Shown here piece after piece: positions 62,646 through 64,000 of a DNA stretch of 64,000 bases. How positions within the stretch are numbered: the stretch's first letter is position 1; every line of letters starts with the position of its first letter. The translations under genes were made by a program, and so were the position numbers. The stretch comes from Octopus bimaculoides (Eukaryota). The stretch is from positions 135,552,793 to 135,616,792 of the forward strand of contig NC_068981.1 in assembly GCF_001194135.2 (NCBI RefSeq). Direction: 5' to 3'. The notes under the pieces were generated by a model. The model was given only the letters and a program-made list of their open reading frames with translations, was not told the origin of the DNA and did not search any database.

Positions 62646-63497
62646 NNNNNNNNNNNNNNNNNNNNNNNNNNNNNNNNNNNNNNNNNNNNNNNNNNNNNNN
62701 NNNNNNNNNNNNNNNNNNNNNNNNNNNNNNNNNNNNNNNNNNNNNNNNNNNNNNNNNNNNNNNNNNNNNNNNNNNNNNNNNNNNNNNNNNNNNNNNNNNN
62801 NNNNNNNNNNNNNNNNNNNNNNNNNNNNNNNNNNNNNNNNNNNNNNNNNNNNNNNNNNNNNNNNNNNNNNNNNNNNNNNNNNNNNNNNNNNNNNNNNNNN
62901 NNNNNNNNNNNNNNNNNNNNNNNNNNNNNNNNNNNNNNNNNNNNNNNNNNNNNNNNNNNNNNNNNNNNNNNNNNNNNNNNNNNNNNNNNNNNNNNNNNNN
63001 NNNNNNNNNNNNNNNNNNNNNNNNNNNNNNNNNNNNNNNNNNNNNNNNNNNNNNNNNNNNNNNNNNNNNNNNNNNNNNNNNNNNNNNNNNNNNNNNNNNN
63101 NNNNNNNNNNNNNNNNNNNNNNNNNNNNNNNNNNNNNNNNNNNNNNNNNNNNNNNNNNNNNNNNNNNNNNNNNNNNNNNNNNNNNNNNNNNNNNNNNNNN
63201 NNNNNNNNNNNNNNNNNNNNNNNNNNNNNNNNNNNNNNNNNNNNNNNNNNNNNNNNNNNNNNNNNNNNNNNNNNNNNNNNNNNNNNNNNNNNNNNNNNNN
63301 NNNNNNNNNNNNNNNNNNNNNNNNNNNNNNNNNNNNNNNNNNNNNNNNNNNNNNNNNNNNNNNNNNNNNNNNNNNNNNNNNNNNNNNNNNNNNNNNNNNN
63401 NNNNNNNNNNNNNNNNNNNNNNNNNNNNNNNNNNNNNNNNNNNNNNNNNNNNNNNNNNNNNNNNNNNNNNNNNNNNNNNNNNNNNNNNNNNNNNNNN

Positions 63498-63556
<59 letters not shown>

Positions 63557-64000
63557 CTTTATTACATATCTTATTTTAACAGGTTTTGTACTATTAATTG
63601 TTTCGATGGTTTCAGTTTTATTTTCCTGTATCCGTAGACCTCGATCGAGATTAGATGTAATTCCAATGTTAATGGACCATTATGAATCGTAATACCATGA
63701 AATATAGATTTAGATTTTACTGAGAGCTAACTTTATATTGCGAGTGCTTACTATTGCCGTAGGTGAGATTTCTTTCTTCTTTTTTCATTTTCGTATTATT
63801 GTGTTGTGACTTTCGAATAATTCATGCAATAAATATTAAAACCATGCCAAAAGAAAAACAAAACAGGATAAAGAAATATGCTTGTGGCTATTTACCAAAG
63901 TATTTGAAGATAGGTTTCATCGACTCTTTCACAAACGAACAACTTCTAAAGTGTCTAATATCATAAGACATTTTCTACAGAAGCTATGAAAACTAGACAT

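Noticed and set aside
169-63692. Dozens of ORFs rich in IY, CV, TH, SL or X
   Set aside because: They are translations of (AT)n, (GT)n, (CA)n and (GA)n microsatellites or run through N gaps; there is no coding signal.

Overview
AT-rich, gap-ridden eukaryotic DNA. The SINE families and the microsatellite-flanked N gaps look like an Octopus draft genome; this is from recognition only, not a search. I find no host protein-coding exon: almost every entry in the ORF track is a microsatellite or N-gap artefact. The window is a mosaic of tRNA-derived SINEs and LINE remnants (RTE, CR1/L2-like, HERO-type). It also holds Tc1/mariner derivatives, including a three-level nested insertion, several MITE/foldback elements, and a small tRNA-Thr(AGT) cluster with one near-intact gene and three decayed copies. 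The most interesting signal is hammerhead-ribozyme core sequence in three unrelated repeat contexts. (i) A canonical 42-nt minimal type I hammerhead with a palindromic stem III at 51442-51483 (-). (ii) The 3' UTR of a HERO-type retrotransposon at about 41160-41252. (iii) A three-copy repeat family at about 29.0, 55.7 and 61.5 kb. In (ii) and (iii) the core strands occur in the order GUH, GAAAC, CUGAUGA, which is not a circular permutation. Stems I and III can be drawn but stem II is weak, so activity is a hypothesis. Also notable are a GGATC-ended, 8-bp-TSD foldback family with a telomere-like (TAACCC)n core, and a 136-bp hairpin with perfect 48-bp arms. All alignments and folds were done by eye; repeat boundaries are approximate unless a TSD or TIR is quoted.
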